A stretch of DNA of 54,694 bases. It comes from an uncultured Anaerolineaceae bacterium. Lineage in GTDB: Bacteria > Chloroflexota > Anaerolineae > Anaerolineales > DRMV01. The notes under the pieces are model-generated. The model did not search any database and was not told where the DNA came from. It saw only the letters and a program-made list of their open reading frames with translations. The stretch lies in the NCBI GenBank assembly GCA_964386185.1, contig CAYLRJ010000003.1, forward strand, positions 1-54,694, read 5' to 3'. Shown piece by piece: positions 1-11,097 of the stretch. Each line of letters opens with the position of its first letter. Position 1 is the stretch's first letter. The translations under genes and the position numbers were made by a program.

Positions 1-193
1 CTACATTCGGACGACGGATGTAACAGGGACGATCAAATTGCCGGACGGGGTAGAGATGGTGATGCCCGGGGACAATGTGAACCTGGAAGTGGAACTGCTG
101 AAGCCGGTTGCGCTGGAGCAAGGGAGCAAATTTGCCATCCGAGAGGGTGGTTTGACCGTCGGTGCCGGTGTGGTCACCGAGATTCTGGACTGA
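1..193 (+). CDS. tuf: Elongation factor Tu, C-terminal fragment (5' truncated by window)
   Basis: Frame from base 2 reads YIRTTDVTG...[10 protein letters not shown]...[20 protein letters not shown], which is EF-Tu domain 3; lies directly before rpsJ. Confidence 0.97.
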   Translation, partial: YIRTTDVTGTIKLPDGVEMVMPGDNVNLEVELLKPVALEQGSKFAIREGGLTVGAGVVTEILD

Positions 194-201
194 GGTGCAA
201 T

Positions 202-510
202 ATGGCGAAGCAGCGAATTCGCATCCGTTTGAAGGCCTACGATCATCGGGTCCTTGACCAATCGGCCAAACGCATTGTTGAAGCCGCGGAGCGTACAGGT
301 GCGCGGGTGGTTGGCCCTGTGCCCCTACCGACCAAAATTGAGCGCTTCACTGTGCGGCGTTCGACCTTCATTGACAAAGATTCGCACGAACATTTTGAAA
401 TCCGCACCCACAAACGGCTGATTGATGTTTTGGACCCTGACGCCAAAACCATTGACATGCTGATGCGCTTGAACCTGCCTGCGGGTGTGGATATTGAAAT
501 TAAACTTTAG
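202..510 (+). CDS. rpsJ: 30S ribosomal protein S10
   Basis: [15 protein letters not shown]...GPVPLPT...[12 protein letters not shown]. Confidence 0.98.
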   Translation: MAKQRIRIRLKAYDHRVLDQSAKRIVEAAERTGARVVGPVPLPTKIERFTVRRSTFIDKDSHEHFEIRTHKRLIDVLDPDAKTIDMLMRLNLPAGVDIEIKL

Positions 511-518
511 AAGAAACA

Positions 519-547
519 TAGACAATCTGCTTCACATCGGGTAGAAT
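519..547 (+). promoter_or_regulatory. Sigma70-type promoter between rpsJ and rplC
   Basis: TAGACA (519-524), 17 bp spacer, TAGAAT (542-547). Confidence 0.7.
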
Positions 548-553
548 TGACGG

Positions 554-816
554 GCTTTGCCTTAAGTCTGTCATGCTGGGGAGGGCGCCGCAGCAGGCGC
601 TCTCCCCGGCAGAGTGCATACCACTGGCACAGGCAACAGCAGCAGGGTTCCTGCTGGTGTGAGTTCCCCCTGAGTAAGAGCAGCACCGACGCGCGAGCGC
701 ACAGACCAGCGCCTTATCGCTCGCGGCGGGCTGTTGACTGCTGAGGGGCGGGATGATGCGGCTCAAGCCCAGGCCGACAGTCCCGAGAAACTTTGAGAAG
801 AAGGAGAACAACCGAG
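554..816 (+). other. Long structured 5' leader of rplC (candidate cis-regulatory RNA)
   Basis: Hairpins at 575-610 (15 bp), 640-656, 692-699/718-725 and 749-753/781-785; no credible protein ORF. Confidence 0.5.
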
Positions 817-1446
817 ATGTTCAAAGGGCTCATTGGCAAGAAGATCGGCATGACCCAGATCTTCGATGAAGATGGCGCGGCCATTCCCGTGACCCTCATC
901 GAGGCTGGGCCTTGCTACGTTACCCAGGTGCGCCGCCCGGAGAAGGATGGTTACTCCGCGGTGCAATTGGGCTTTCAAGAGGTCAACCCCAAACGGTTGA
1001 CCGGCGGACAGTTGGGTCACCTGAAGCGAGCCGGTGTGCCGCCGGTGCGTTATTTGCGGGAGTTTCGGGTCAAAGACCCGGACGTCAAAGAAGGTGACGT
1101 GGTGACGGTGGAGCGGTTCGCGGTTGGCGAGCGCGTGGATGTCACCGGCACCAGCAAGGGCCGAGGTTTTCAGGGCGGCGTGAAGCGCTACGGCTTCGCG
1201 GGCGGCCCCAAGACCCACGGTCAATCGGACCGCTGGCGCGCGCCTGGTTCGCGTGGCGCCACCTCGACCCCAGGTCGCACCCTGAAGGGCACCCGAGGCC
1301 CCGGCCACATGGGCAACGCCCGTGTGACGGTGATGGGCCTTGAGGTGGTCCTGGTGGATCCGGAACGCAATCTGTTGGCCGTGAAGGGTGGAGTGCCTGG
1401 CCCCAAAGGTGGCCTGGTGCTCATCCGTGAGGCCCGGAAGAATTAG
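817..1446 (+). CDS. rplC: 50S ribosomal protein L3
   Basis: [35 protein letters not shown]; start set at ATG 817 after the AAGGAG SD. Confidence 0.98.
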   Translation: MFKGLIGKKIGMTQIFDEDGAAIPVTLIEAGPCYVTQVRRPEKDGYSAVQLGFQEVNPKRLTGGQLGHLKRAGVPPVRYLREFRVKDPDVKEGDVVTVERFAVGERVDVTGTSKGRGFQGGVKRYGFAGGPKTHGQSDRWRAPGSRGATSTPGRTLKGTRGPGHMGNARVTVMGLEVVLVDPERNLLAVKGGVPGPKGGLVLIREARKN

Positions 1447-1463
1447 GGATTCGGAGCAGAGCC

Positions 1464-2105
1464 ATGAAAGTGGATGTGTATAACATGGAAGGGCAAAAGG
1501 TGCGCGAGGTCGAACTGCCCGCGTCCATCTTCGAGGCCCCCATTCGGCCAGATTTGATGCATCAGGCGTACGTGCGCCAAATGGCCAACGCCCGCTTGGG
1601 CACCCATAGCACCAAAACGCGCGGCGAAGTGTCGGGCGGCGGGCGCAAGCCCTGGCGCCAAAAGGGCACCGGCCGCGCCCGGCAGGGCTCCATCCGCTCG
1701 CCGCAGTGGGTCGGCGGTGGCAAGGTGCACACGCCCAAGCCGCGCAAATATACCCTGGATATGCCCAAAAAGATGCGTCGGGCGGCCTTGCGTTCCGCCC
1801 TCTCGGTCAAGGCGGCAGAGGCCAGCATCGTGGTGGTGGACGACCTCAAACTCGACGAGCCAAAAACCAAAGCCATGGACCAGGCCCTGAAGCAGTTGGT
1901 CGGCGAAGACGCCACCGCATTGATTCTGCTGCCCGAAAGCCCCAGCCGCAGCGAGCAATACGACATTGTGGCCCGCTCGGCCAACAACTTGCCGTACGCC
2001 AAGACGCTGGTGGCCAATTACCTCAACATCCGTGACCTGCTGGGCTACGACAAAGTCGTGATGCCCGTCGCAGCCCTGGATGTGATTACCGCGTTCTTGG
2101 GATGA
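1464..2105 (+). CDS. rplD: 50S ribosomal protein L4
   Basis: [39 protein letters not shown]. Confidence 0.98.
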   Translation: MKVDVYNMEGQKVREVELPASIFEAPIRPDLMHQAYVRQMANARLGTHSTKTRGEVSGGGRKPWRQKGTGRARQGSIRSPQWVGGGKVHTPKPRKYTLDMPKKMRRAALRSALSVKAAEASIVVVDDLKLDEPKTKAMDQALKQLVGEDATALILLPESPSRSEQYDIVARSANNLPYAKTLVANYLNIRDLLGYDKVVMPVAALDVITAFLG

Positions 2106-2115
2106 GGAGGGCGAA

Positions 2116-2418
2116 ATGACCACGATTTACGACGTCTTGCGTCGCCCGATTATCACCGAAAAATCCAACTACCAGCACAAGGCCCTCGGCCAATACGTGT
2201 TCGAGGTTGCCGAAGACGCCACCAAGCCAATGATCAAAGAGGCGGTGGAGACGCTGTTTGATGTGACGGTGGAAAAAGTTCGGGTGATGAACATGCCGGC
2301 GAAGCGAACCCGGCGGTGGCGCAGCCGCCGCATGGGCATTCGCCGCCGCGGCTATAAAAAAGCCATTGTGACCTTGGCCCCCGGTGAGACGATTGACATC
2401 TTTGAAGGGGTGAAGTGA
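2116..2418 (+). CDS. rplW: 50S ribosomal protein L23
   Basis: RPIITEKS...YVFEV...KKAIVTL; position in the S10 cluster. Confidence 0.97.
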   Translation: MTTIYDVLRRPIITEKSNYQHKALGQYVFEVAEDATKPMIKEAVETLFDVTVEKVRVMNMPAKRTRRWRSRRMGIRRRGYKKAIVTLAPGETIDIFEGVK

Positions 2419-3254
2419 TGGGTATCAAGAAATTCAAGCCGATTACGCCCGGCCGCCGTGGCATGTTGGGCTATACCTTTGAGGAAATCACCAAGACCAA
2501 ACCAGAGCGCTCGTTGATTGAGCCGCTCAAGAAACACGCGGGTCGGAACGCCTACGGGCGGGTGACCGTGCGCCATCGCGGCGGCGGAAACAAGCGCTAC
2601 TACCGCATCATTGACTTCAAGCGTGACAAGCGCGGCATCCCCGCCAAAGTGGCCGCGATCGAATACGACCCCAACCGCACAGCCCGCATCGCCTTGCTGC
2701 ACTATGCCGATGGCGAAAAGCGCTACATCATCGCCCCCCTGGGGCTCAACGTCGGCGACGTGGTCATGGCAGGCCCTGAGGCTGAAATTCGCCCTGGCAA
2801 CGCCATGCCCATCGCCAACATCCCCACGGGCACCATGATCCACAACATCGAACTCTACCCCGGCAAAGGCGGCCAATTGGTGCGGGCAGCGGGTTCCTCC
2901 GCGCAACTGTTGGCCAAAGAGGGCGACTACGCGCACATCCGCCTGCCCTCGGGCGAAGTGCGCTTGGTGCGCCAAGAATGCTACGCCACCATTGGCCAAG
3001 TGGGCAACGTGGAACACAGCAACATCAAATTGGGAAAGGCCGGCCGCAAGCGCCATATGGGCATCCGCCCTACCGTGCGCGGCTCCGCGATGTCGCCGCG
3101 GGACCATCCCCACGGCGGTGGCGAAGGCCGTCAGCCCATTGGCTTGCCTGGCCCCAAATCGCCCTGGGGTAAGCCCACCCTGGGCGCAAAGACCCGCCGA
3201 AACAAAAAGACCGATAAATACATCGTGCGTCGGCGCAGCAAGAAACGCCGCTAA
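2418..3254 (+). CDS. rplB: 50S ribosomal protein L2
   Basis: [36 protein letters not shown]. Confidence 0.98.
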   Translation: MGIKKFKPITPGRRGMLGYTFEEITKTKPERSLIEPLKKHAGRNAYGRVTVRHRGGGNKRYYRIIDFKRDKRGIPAKVAAIEYDPNRTARIALLHYADGEKRYIIAPLGLNVGDVVMAGPEAEIRPGNAMPIANIPTGTMIHNIELYPGKGGQLVRAAGSSAQLLAKEGDYAHIRLPSGEVRLVRQECYATIGQVGNVEHSNIKLGKAGRKRHMGIRPTVRGSAMSPRDHPHGGGEGRQPIGLPGPKSPWGKPTLGAKTRRNKKTDKYIVRRRSKKRR

Positions 3255-3283
3255 GCGCGTGGGTTTGGTTGGAGGTTGAAACT

Positions 3284-3562
3284 ATGGGACGTTCCCTAAA
3301 GAAAGGGCCTTACGTAGACCCGAAGTTATTGCGCAAGATCGAAGAGATGAACGCCCGCGGCGAAAAGAAGGTCATTCGCACCTGGAGCCGCGATAGCACC
3401 ATCTTTCCCCAAATGGTAGGGCATACCATTGCGGTGCACAATGGCCGCCGCCACGTGCCGATTTACATCACCGAAAACATGGTCGGCCATAAATTGGGTG
3501 AGTTTGCCCCCACGCGGACCTTCCGTGGGCACATCGTCGAGAAAAAGAAGAAGAGGAGATAG
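3284..3562 (+). CDS. rpsS: 30S ribosomal protein S19
   Basis: [12 protein letters not shown]...[15 protein letters not shown]. Confidence 0.98.
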   Translation: MGRSLKKGPYVDPKLLRKIEEMNARGEKKVIRTWSRDSTIFPQMVGHTIAVHNGRRHVPIYITENMVGHKLGEFAPTRTFRGHIVEKKKKRR

Positions 3563-3565
3563 GCT

Positions 3566-3916
3566 ATGGCGATCGATGTCCGCGCAAAGGCGCGTTACGT
3601 GCCTGTTTCACCCTATAAAGCGCGCCGGGTCATCAACCTGGTGCGGGGCAAGGACGCACAAGAAGCGTTAGACATCCTGCGCTTCATGCCGCACAGCGCG
3701 GCGCGTCCGGTGTATAAACTCATCGCTTCGGCCATCGCGAACGCCGAAGAAAACTTCGGTTTGAACCGTGAGGACCTTTACATCTATCGCATCTTTGCAG
3801 ATGAAGGCCCTACCCGCAAGTGGCGACGCTTCGGCGCTCGGGGGCGCTTTAAACCCATTCTCAAGCGCTCCTCGCACATCACCGTGATCCTGCGCGAGCA
3901 CGAAGAAGAGGTATAG
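3566..3916 (+). CDS. rplV: 50S ribosomal protein L22
   Basis: [15 protein letters not shown]...SAIANAE...KRSSHITV. Confidence 0.97.
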   Translation: MAIDVRAKARYVPVSPYKARRVINLVRGKDAQEALDILRFMPHSAARPVYKLIASAIANAEENFGLNREDLYIYRIFADEGPTRKWRRFGARGRFKPILKRSSHITVILREHEEEV

Positions 3917-3926
3917 GAGTCATTTT

Positions 3927-4607
3927 ATGGGTCGCAAAGTACATCCGATTGGCTTTCGTCTGAAGATCAACAAAACCTGGGAAGCCCGCTGGTATGCGGA
4001 AGGCCCCCAGTACGCGGAGCAACTCCATCAGGATTTGGCCATCCGCAAACTCATCCGCCAACAAGCGCCCCGGGCTGGCATTTCGCGCATTGAAATCGAG
4101 CGCTTCCCGGCCAAGACCAAAGTGACGGTGCATACCGCCAAACCGGGGATCTTGATCGGCCGCAAAGGCGCCACCATCAAACAACTGCGCGCCGCGCTGG
4201 AAAGCCTGGTGGGCTCCAAAGTGGATGTGGACATCAAAGAAATCAAAAACCCCGACCTGGATGCCTACCTGGTTGCCCACAACATCGCCGACCAGTTGGA
4301 GCGGCGGGTGAGCTACCGCCGGGCGATGCAACGGGCCATCCAGCAGGCCATGCGTCAAGGCGCCAAGGGGATCAAAATCCAAGTCTCGGGGCGTTTGGCT
4401 GGTGCGGAAATGGCGCGCACCGTGTGGCTGCGCGACGGCCGCGTGCCGCTGCAAACCCTGCGGGCTGATATTGACTACGCCAAGGCGGAAGCCCTCACCA
4501 CGTACGGCCGCATCGGCGTCAAAGTGTGGATTTACAAAGGTGATGTGCTGCCCGAGGTCGAAGAAGAAGCCCCTGTGGCGACCGAAGGCGTGTATGTGAG
4601 CGAGTAA
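3927..4607 (+). CDS. rpsC: 30S ribosomal protein S3
   Basis: [46 protein letters not shown]. Confidence 0.98.
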   Translation: MGRKVHPIGFRLKINKTWEARWYAEGPQYAEQLHQDLAIRKLIRQQAPRAGISRIEIERFPAKTKVTVHTAKPGILIGRKGATIKQLRAALESLVGSKVDVDIKEIKNPDLDAYLVAHNIADQLERRVSYRRAMQRAIQQAMRQGAKGIKIQVSGRLAGAEMARTVWLRDGRVPLQTLRADIDYAKAEALTTYGRIGVKVWIYKGDVLPEVEEEAPVATEGVYVSE

Positions 4608-4641
4608 CGGCGGTGTTGCCGCTGAAGAGGAGTGAGAAATC

Positions 4642-5064
4642 ATGTTGATGCCCAAACGCGTCAAATACCGCAAGCAGATGCGCGGCCGCATGAAGGGCAA
4701 AGCCTCGCGGGGCGCAGAGGTGCACTTCGGCGACTACGGCCTTCAGGCCTTAGAGCCGGGTTGGATCTCCGCCCGCCAAATCGAGGCCGCCCGCCGGGCG
4801 ATGGTGCGCCACATGCGCCGCCGTGGTAAAATCTGGATTCGCATTTTCCCCGACAAGCCGGTGACCAAAAAGCCGGCCGAAACCCGCATGGGTTCCGGCA
4901 AAGGGAATGTGGAACTCTGGGTGGCGGTGGTCAAACCGGGACGGATTATGTTCGAAATCGCCGGGGTGCCCGAGTCGGTGGCCCGTGAGGCCCTGCGGCT
5001 GGCTTCCCACAAACTCTCGGTGAAGACCAAAATCGTCGTCCGAGAAGGGTTGGAGGAAGCATGA
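4642..5064 (+). CDS. rplP: 50S ribosomal protein L16
   Basis: [15 protein letters not shown]...[13 protein letters not shown]. Confidence 0.98.
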   Translation: MLMPKRVKYRKQMRGRMKGKASRGAEVHFGDYGLQALEPGWISARQIEAARRAMVRHMRRRGKIWIRIFPDKPVTKKPAETRMGSGKGNVELWVAVVKPGRIMFEIAGVPESVAREALRLASHKLSVKTKIVVREGLEEA

Positions 5065-5276
5065 AAGCCTCAGAGATTCGCAAACTCTCAACCGAGGAAA
5101 TCGAGGCGCGGCTGGCTGAAGCGCGGGAAGAGCTCATGCACCTGCGCTTTCAGAAAACCACCGGCGAACTGGTGGATACCAATGCCTTGCGCCGGACCCG
5201 TCGCCTGATTGCCCGCTACCTCACCATCTTGCGAGAGCGGGAACTGGAAGCATACGCAGAGGAAGGTGAAGCATGA
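5061..5276 (+). CDS. rpmC: 50S ribosomal protein L29
   Basis: [10 protein letters not shown]...ELMHLRFQ...[11 protein letters not shown]; position. Confidence 0.96.
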   Translation: MKASEIRKLSTEEIEARLAEAREELMHLRFQKTTGELVDTNALRRTRRLIARYLTILRERELEAYAEEGEA

Positions 5277-5557
5277 ACAAGCGTCGGCGACTAACGGGTG
5301 TGGTCATTTCCGACAAGATGGATAAAACGGTTGTGGTGCGGGTAAGCCGCTCCTACCGGCACCCCTTGTATAAAAAGGTGGTGCATACCCACAAGAACTA
5401 CAAGGCCCACGACGAACTGGGAGCCCAAGTGGGCGATCAGGTGCGCATTGTGGAAAGCCGCCCGATTTCCAAGACCAAACACTGGGTGGTAGAAGCCATC
5501 GTGCGCCGCGCCCGCGGCAATGAAGATGTCGTGGTCCAGCAGGAGGCCGAGGCATGA
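5273..5557 (+). CDS. rpsQ: 30S ribosomal protein S17
   Basis: [14 protein letters not shown]...HPLYKK...[11 protein letters not shown]. Confidence 0.97.
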   Translation: MNKRRRLTGVVISDKMDKTVVVRVSRSYRHPLYKKVVHTHKNYKAHDELGAQVGDQVRIVESRPISKTKHWVVEAIVRRARGNEDVVVQQEAEA

Positions 5558-5925
5558 TTCAGCAAGAATCGCGCTTGAAGGTTGCTGATAACACCGGCGC
5601 CAAAGAAATTTTGGTGATCCGCGTGTTGGGCGGTTCCAAGCGCCGCTACGGTCGCGTGGGCGACGTGGTGGTGGCGACGGTCAAATCGGCCACCCCCAAC
5701 GGCTCTGTCAAAAAGAGCGACATCGTGCGGGCAGTCATCGTGCGGTGCGCCAAAGAATGGCGCCGCGAAGACGGTTCCCACATCCGCTTCGACGACAACG
5801 CCGCCGTCATCCTTGACAACGACGGCGTCAACCCCAAGGGAACCCGCATTTTCGGGCCGGTGGCGCGGGAACTGCGCGAAAAAGGCTTTATGAAAATCGT
5901 CTCCCTGGCCCCTGAAGTGTTGTAA
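5554..5925 (+). CDS. rplN: 50S ribosomal protein L14
   Basis: [17 protein letters not shown]...FDDNAAV...[15 protein letters not shown]. Confidence 0.98.
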   Translation: MIQQESRLKVADNTGAKEILVIRVLGGSKRRYGRVGDVVVATVKSATPNGSVKKSDIVRAVIVRCAKEWRREDGSHIRFDDNAAVILDNDGVNPKGTRIFGPVARELREKGFMKIVSLAPEVL

Positions 5926-5937
5926 GGAGTGTGAGCC

Positions 5938-6261
5938 GTGAAGGTGAAGATTCGAAAAGGCGACACGGTAGAAGTCATCACCGGCCGCGACAAAGGCAAA
6001 CGGGGCGAGGTGATTCGCGTGCTTCCCAAAGAAGGGCGCGTGGTGGTCCAGGGCGTCAATATTCGCAAAAAGCACCAGCAGCAGGTGCAGGCCCAGGGGC
6101 GCACCATCACCCCCGGCATCATTGAATTCGAAGCCCCTGTGGATATTTCGAACGTGATGTTGGTGTGCCCGAAATGCGACGAGCCCACGCGGGTGGGCGT
6201 TCGCCGCACCGATGGCATCGTAGAACGCATCTGCAAGCGTTGTGGCGCGGTGATTGATTAG
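5938..6261 (+). CDS. rplX: 50S ribosomal protein L24 (CxxC...CxxC form)
   Basis: [20 protein letters not shown] (KOW motif), [13 protein letters not shown]...CKRC. Confidence 0.97.
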   Translation: MKVKIRKGDTVEVITGRDKGKRGEVIRVLPKEGRVVVQGVNIRKKHQQQVQAQGRTITPGIIEFEAPVDISNVMLVCPKCDEPTRVGVRRTDGIVERICKRCGAVID

Positions 6262-6283
6262 GCCGGTGAAGGAGAGAGAAACC

Positions 6284-6829
6284 ATGATGCGCTTGGAAGA
6301 AAAATACCGAAACGAAGTGGTGCCGGCCTTGATGAAATCGTTGAACTTGAGCAACATCATGCAAGTGCCGCGCATCACAAAGATCGTGGTCAATATCGGC
6401 CTGGGCGAGGCCCTGGATAACCCCAAGGCCTTGGACTATGCCGTCCAAGATCTGATGACCATCACCGGGCAAAAGCCCATCATCACCAAAGCCCGAAAGA
6501 GCATCGCAGCCTTCAAACTGCGTGAAGGGCGCCCCATCGGCGTCAAGGTGACCCTGCGAGGCGATCGCATGTGGGCTTTCTTAGACCGGTTGATGAACGT
6601 CGCCCTGCCTCGGGTGCGCGACTTTCGGGGCGTTTCCCCCAACGCCTTCGATGGCCGCGGCAACTACACCTTAGGCATTCGGGAACAACTCATCTTCCCC
6701 GAAATTGACTACGACAAAATTGACAAAGTGCGCGGCATGGAGGTCACCATTGTGACCACAGCCCGCAACGACGAAGAAGGCCGGCAATTGTTGTCCTTAT
6801 TGGGTATGCCGTTTAGGAAGGAAGGGTAG
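6284..6829 (+). CDS. rplE: 50S ribosomal protein L5
   Basis: [35 protein letters not shown]. Confidence 0.98.
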   Translation: MMRLEEKYRNEVVPALMKSLNLSNIMQVPRITKIVVNIGLGEALDNPKALDYAVQDLMTITGQKPIITKARKSIAAFKLREGRPIGVKVTLRGDRMWAFLDRLMNVALPRVRDFRGVSPNAFDGRGNYTLGIREQLIFPEIDYDKIDKVRGMEVTIVTTARNDEEGRQLLSLLGMPFRKEG

Positions 6830-6831
6830 CC

Positions 6832-7014
6832 ATGGCCAAGAAGTGCATGATTTATCGCGAACAACGCCGGAAGTACCCCACCCGGGTGCGCAACCGCTGC
6901 CGCATTTGCGGCCGCCCCCGTGGCTACATGCGCAAATTTGGGGTGTGCCGGATTTGTTTCCGCGAACTGGCCTTAGAGGGTAAAATCCCCGGCGTGACCA
7001 AGGCATCTTGGTAG
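6832..7014 (+). CDS. rpsN: 30S ribosomal protein S14, zinc-binding type Z
   Basis: 60 aa; [10 protein letters not shown]...CRICFRELA. Confidence 0.97.
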   Translation: MAKKCMIYREQRRKYPTRVRNRCRICGRPRGYMRKFGVCRICFRELALEGKIPGVTKASW

Positions 7015-7033
7015 TCGGGCGGAGGTGGTAACG

Positions 7034-7450
7034 ATGACGATGACCGATCCCATTGCGGATATGTTGACGCGCATTCGCAACGCGCAAATGGCGGGGCATG
7101 CCCAGGTGGAAATGCCCAGTTCCAAAATGAAGGTGGCCATTGCCCGCATCCTCAAGGAAGAGGGCTATATCGAAGGCTACCAGGTAATCCAAGACAAAGA
7201 CCGCCCCAGCCACAAAACGCTGCGGATTCGCCTGAAATACGTTGGGGAACGCCGCAACCGGCGCCCGGTGATTGAAGGCCTGGAGCGTGTGAGCAAGCCG
7301 GGCCGACGGGTGTATGCCGGCAAGCGGGAACTGCCGTGGGTCCGTTCGGGCCTGGGCATTGCCATTGTGAGCACCCCCAAGGGTGTGATGACCAGCGAGC
7401 GAGCCCGCAAACTGGGTGTGGGCGGCGAAATCATCTGCAAAGTTTGGTAG
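7034..7450 (+). CDS. rpsH: 30S ribosomal protein S8
   Basis: [37 protein letters not shown]. Confidence 0.98.
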   Translation: MTMTDPIADMLTRIRNAQMAGHAQVEMPSSKMKVAIARILKEEGYIEGYQVIQDKDRPSHKTLRIRLKYVGERRNRRPVIEGLERVSKPGRRVYAGKRELPWVRSGLGIAIVSTPKGVMTSERARKLGVGGEIICKVW

Positions 7451-7514
7451 ATCCCACATTTCGGAACGACCTGGCGCGCCCCGCGCGACGCCAGTGGCCG
7501 AAAGGAGGTTGAGC

Positions 7515-8069
7515 GTGTCTCGTATTGGACGGTTGCCCGTACCTGTGCCCGACAACGTGCAGGTAGAAGTGAAGGGCTCGCACGTCCGGGTGAAGGGGCC
7601 CAAAGGTGAATTGGCGCAGACCTTCCCCGCGGCGATGAAAATAACCTACAAGCCCGAAGAAAAAGTCATTACCGTTGAGCGCCCCACGGACGAGCGGCAG
7701 CATCGGGCCTGGCATGGCATGACCCGCGCCCTCATCAACAACATGGTGGTGGGCGTGAGCCAGGGCTTTGAAAAAGTGTTGGAAGTCCACGGCGTGGGCT
7801 ATCGGGCTGAAATGAAAGGTCAAGACCTGGTTTTGCATGTGGGGTTCTCCCACCCGGTCCAGGTCTCCCCGCCCGAAGGCATCGCCTTTGAGGTGGATAC
7901 CAAATCCCGCCCGATGCGCATTATCGTTCGGGGTTACGACAAGCAAAAGGTCGGCCAGGTGGCCGCGGACATCCGCAAAGTGCGCCCGCCCGAACCATAC
8001 AAGGGCAAGGGCATTCGCTACGCGGGCGAACATGTCCGCCGCAAGGCCGGTAAGGCTGGCAAGGTGTAG
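7515..8069 (+). CDS. rplF: 50S ribosomal protein L6
   Basis: GTG start after AGGAGG; [27 protein letters not shown]. Confidence 0.98.
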   Translation: MSRIGRLPVPVPDNVQVEVKGSHVRVKGPKGELAQTFPAAMKITYKPEEKVITVERPTDERQHRAWHGMTRALINNMVVGVSQGFEKVLEVHGVGYRAEMKGQDLVLHVGFSHPVQVSPPEGIAFEVDTKSRPMRIIVRGYDKQKVGQVAADIRKVRPPEPYKGKGIRYAGEHVRRKAGKAGKV

Positions 8070-8085
8070 TGGAGCGAGGTTGAAA

Positions 8086-8451
8086 ATGGCTAAGAAAACC
8101 CGACGAGAGGCACGAATTCGGCGCCACCTGCGGGTGCGCAAAAAGGTGCACGGGACGCCTGAACGGCCGCGGTTGAACGTCTTTCGCAGCTTGGGGCACA
8201 TTTACGCCCAAGTGATTGACGACGAAGCCGGCCACACCCTGGTTTCGGCTTCGACCATTGACAAAGCACTGCGGGCGCAAATGGAAGGCCTGACGAAAAC
8301 CGAACAAGCGCGTTTGGTAGGGAAAGCCATTGCCGAGCGCGCCCGAGCGGTGGGCATCACCACAGTGGTGTTCGACCGTGGCGGCTACAAATACATTGGC
8401 CGGGTCAAAGCCCTGGCCGACGGCGCCCGTGAAGGCGGCTTGGAATTCTAA
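8086..8451 (+). CDS. rplR: 50S ribosomal protein L18
   Basis: [47 protein letters not shown]. Confidence 0.98.
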   Translation: MAKKTRREARIRRHLRVRKKVHGTPERPRLNVFRSLGHIYAQVIDDEAGHTLVSASTIDKALRAQMEGLTKTEQARLVGKAIAERARAVGITTVVFDRGGYKYIGRVKALADGAREGGLEF

Positions 8452-8466
8452 GGCGAGGAGAACGCT

Positions 8467-9006
8467 ATGGCTCAGTATCAACCTGCTGTACAAGCAGAAG
8501 ACGAACTGGAAGAGCGCACCGTTGAAATCGCCCGTGTGGCAAAGGTGGTGAAAGGTGGTCGGCGGTTTACCTTCCGCGCCACCGTGGTGGTGGGCGACCG
8601 CCGCGGCCGCGTGGGCATTGGCGTGGGCAAAGCCGGCGCCGTGCCTGACGCCGTGCGCAAAGCCTCGGAACGCGCCCGCCGCAATCTGAAAAAGGTCAAC
8701 CTGTATGACACCACCATCCCGCACGAGGTGATTGGCGAAGTGGGCGGCGCGCGCGTCCTGCTCAAGCCGGCTTCCCCTGGTACCGGCGTGATTGCAGGCG
8801 GCGGCGTGCGTGCCGTGCTCGAGGCTGCCGGCGTGCGCGACATCCTGACCAAATCGCTGGGAAGCAACAACCTGCTCAACGTGGTCAAAGCCACCATGCA
8901 GGCCCTGGAGCAACTCAGGTCAGTAGAAGAAGTCGCAGCCGAGCGCGGCAAAAACCCCGAAGACGTGCTGCCCTTCTGGGACCGGAGGAAGAAGCGCCAT
9001 GACTAA
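8467..9006 (+). CDS. rpsE: 30S ribosomal protein S5
   Basis: [33 protein letters not shown]. Confidence 0.98.
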   Translation: MAQYQPAVQAEDELEERTVEIARVAKVVKGGRRFTFRATVVVGDRRGRVGIGVGKAGAVPDAVRKASERARRNLKKVNLYDTTIPHEVIGEVGGARVLLKPASPGTGVIAGGGVRAVLEAAGVRDILTKSLGSNNLLNVVKATMQALEQLRSVEEVAAERGKNPEDVLPFWDRRKKRHD

Positions 9007-9187
9007 GAAAACATTGCGCATTACCTTAGTGAAGAGCCCCATTGGGTATGCCAAACGCCAAAAAGGCACCCTGCGGGCCCTGGGCTTGCGCCGGATGAAC
9101 CAGACGGTGGAACACGAGGACACCCCGGTCATTCGGGGCATGGTCGCCAAAGTGCGCCATTTGGTCCGCGTGGAGGAGAGTGCGTAA
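8999..9187 (+). CDS. rpmD: 50S ribosomal protein L30
   Basis: ITLVKSPIG...TLRALGLRR...[12 protein letters not shown]. Confidence 0.97.
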   Translation: MTKKTLRITLVKSPIGYAKRQKGTLRALGLRRMNQTVEHEDTPVIRGMVAKVRHLVRVEESA

Positions 9188-9188
9188 G

Positions 9189-9638
9189 ATGAAACTACAC
9201 GATTTGCGACCCAACCGCGGTGCCAAAAAAGCGCGGAAGCGTGTTGGCCGAGGGATTGCCGCGGGCCAAGGCAAAACGGCCGGCCGCGGCACCAAAGGCC
9301 AAGGCGCGCGCGCGGGTGGTGGCACCCGGCTTTACCACCAGGGCGGCAACCTGCCTTTCTTCCGCCGCCTGCCCTTCAAGCGCGGTTTCACCCCCATCAA
9401 CCGCGTGGAATACAACGAGGTCAACCTGGAGCGCTTGGCCAACTTCCCTGCCGAAAGCGAAATCACCCCCGAAGTGTTGGCCGACTTGGGCATCATCAGC
9501 GAACCGAAGAAGCCGGTGGTCATCCTTGGCCGGGGCGAAATTACGGTGCCGCTGAAGGTCAAAGTCCATCGCATTTCCAAAAGCGCTCGCGCCAAAATCG
9601 AAGCCGCGGGCGGCTCGGTGGAAATCATAAAACTCTGA
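9189..9638 (+). CDS. rplO: 50S ribosomal protein L15
   Basis: KRVGRGIAAGQGKTAGRGTKGQ, RRLPFKRGF. Confidence 0.97.
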   Translation: MKLHDLRPNRGAKKARKRVGRGIAAGQGKTAGRGTKGQGARAGGGTRLYHQGGNLPFFRRLPFKRGFTPINRVEYNEVNLERLANFPAESEITPEVLADLGIISEPKKPVVILGRGEITVPLKVKVHRISKSARAKIEAAGGSVEIIKL

Positions 9639-9672
9639 GCCCCAGGGCGACCCCTCTGCAAAGGAGCCTCGC

Positions 9673-11022
9673 ATGAAGCGTTCGGCTTGGCGCTATTTAT
9701 GGATGGCACCGGATATCCGCCGCAAGTTGCTCATCACCCTGGGCATCTTGTTGATTTACCGCTTGGCAGCCCATGTGCCTGTGCCCGGTGTGAACCACAA
9801 CGTCCTCTCGCAAATCCTCAACGCGGGAGGCGCCCAGGGCGCCTTTGTGGGCTTGCTGGACATGCTCTCTGGCGGTACGGTGTCCCAATTTTCTGTGCTG
9901 GCGATGGGGGTGTACCCCTACATCACCGCGCAGATTATCTTGCAAATTTTGGTGCCCATCATCCCTTCGTGGAAAGCCCGCATGGAAGAAGACCCGCGCG
10001 AAGGCCAAAAATGGATGGAGCGCTGGACCTACATCTTGGCCATCCCCATGGCGGCCCTGCAAGCCGTGGGGCAAATCAGCCTCTTCTCTGCCTTCGCAGG
10101 CGGCCAGCAAGTGCTGCGCAACTATGGTTGGAGCGGCGCCAACTTGCTGCCCACCATCACGGTGATTTTGGCCATGACCGCGGGCACCATGTTTGCCATT
10201 TGGCTGGGTGAACTGATTTCGGAATACGGCCTCCGCAATCAGGGGCTTTCCCTCATCATCTTTGCCGGTATCGTTGCCCGGATGCCCGCCAACTTTGCCC
10301 GGCTGATGGCCGACGAGCAACACCGCTGGGCCTATTTGATTATCTCCATCATCGTCACCGTGGCGACCATCTTCCTGATTGTGTACGTCCAACAGGGGCG
10401 GCGCAACGTGCCGGTGATGTACCCGGGGCGCCGCATCGGCACCCGAATGTCTATGCCGGTGAAGGGCACCTTCCCGCTGATGGTCAACATGGCCGGCATG
10501 ATCCCCCTGATCTTCGCCCAATCGTTGTTGGCGTTGCCGGGGATTGTGGCTGGCTTTTTCCTGGATTCGAGCACCCCGTGGCTCGCCAATTTGGCGAGTT
10601 CCATGCAGCGGATTTTCGCGCCAACCAGTGGTTGGTATTGGCTGACCTACTTCCTGATGGTGGTGCTGTTTACCTTCTTCTACACCGACGTGCTCTTCAT
10701 GCAGCAAAACTACGGCGAGCAATTGAAGCGCGCGGGTGCGAAAATCCCAGGGGTGCCACCGGGTGAAAAGACCCAACAATACCTGATGAGCGTCCTGCGG
10801 CGGATTACCCTGCCAGGAGCCCTGTTCTTGGGCTTTGTGGCCGTGCTGCCCTACCTGCTCACACTGTTGGTGCCAGGGCTGGCGGCCGCGGGGCAATCGG
10901 GCTTGCTGCTGATTTCTTCGGCAGGGCTGCTCATCGTGGTCGGTGTGGTGCGAGACGTCTTCTTCTTCATTGACGCCGAACTGCGCCTGCACGGCTACAC
11001 AGATACCTTGCTGGTCCGGTAA
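9673..11022 (+). CDS. secY: Preprotein translocase subunit SecY
   Basis: FSVLAMGVYPYITAQII, GLSLIIFAGIV, GIMP-like AGMIPLIFA, multiple TM segments; position. Confidence 0.97.
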   Translation: MKRSAWRYLWMAPDIRRKLLITLGILLIYRLAAHVPVPGVNHNVLSQILNAGGAQGAFVGLLDMLSGGTVSQFSVLAMGVYPYITAQIILQILVPIIPSWKARMEEDPREGQKWMERWTYILAIPMAALQAVGQISLFSAFAGGQQVLRNYGWSGANLLPTITVILAMTAGTMFAIWLGELISEYGLRNQGLSLIIFAGIVARMPANFARLMADEQHRWAYLIISIIVTVATIFLIVYVQQGRRNVPVMYPGRRIGTRMSMPVKGTFPLMVNMAGMIPLIFAQSLLALPGIVAGFFLDSSTPWLANLASSMQRIFAPTSGWYWLTYFLMVVLFTFFYTDVLFMQQNYGEQLKRAGAKIPGVPPGEKTQQYLMSVLRRITLPGALFLGFVAVLPYLLTLLVPGLAAAGQSGLLLISSAGLLIVVGVVRDVFFFIDAELRLHGYTDTLLVR

Positions 11023-11097
11023 CGGGCTGACAAACGCCGTTCGTTGTTGGTCGGGAGCACAAACGACCGGCCGCCCCGTTGACCTTGGAGGTTCGTC

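Noticed and set aside
547-744. 65-aa ORF inside the rpsJ-rplC spacer as a leader peptide or small gene
   Set aside because: TTG start that overlaps the predicted -10 box, no SD, no recognisable motif; RNA structure explains the region better.
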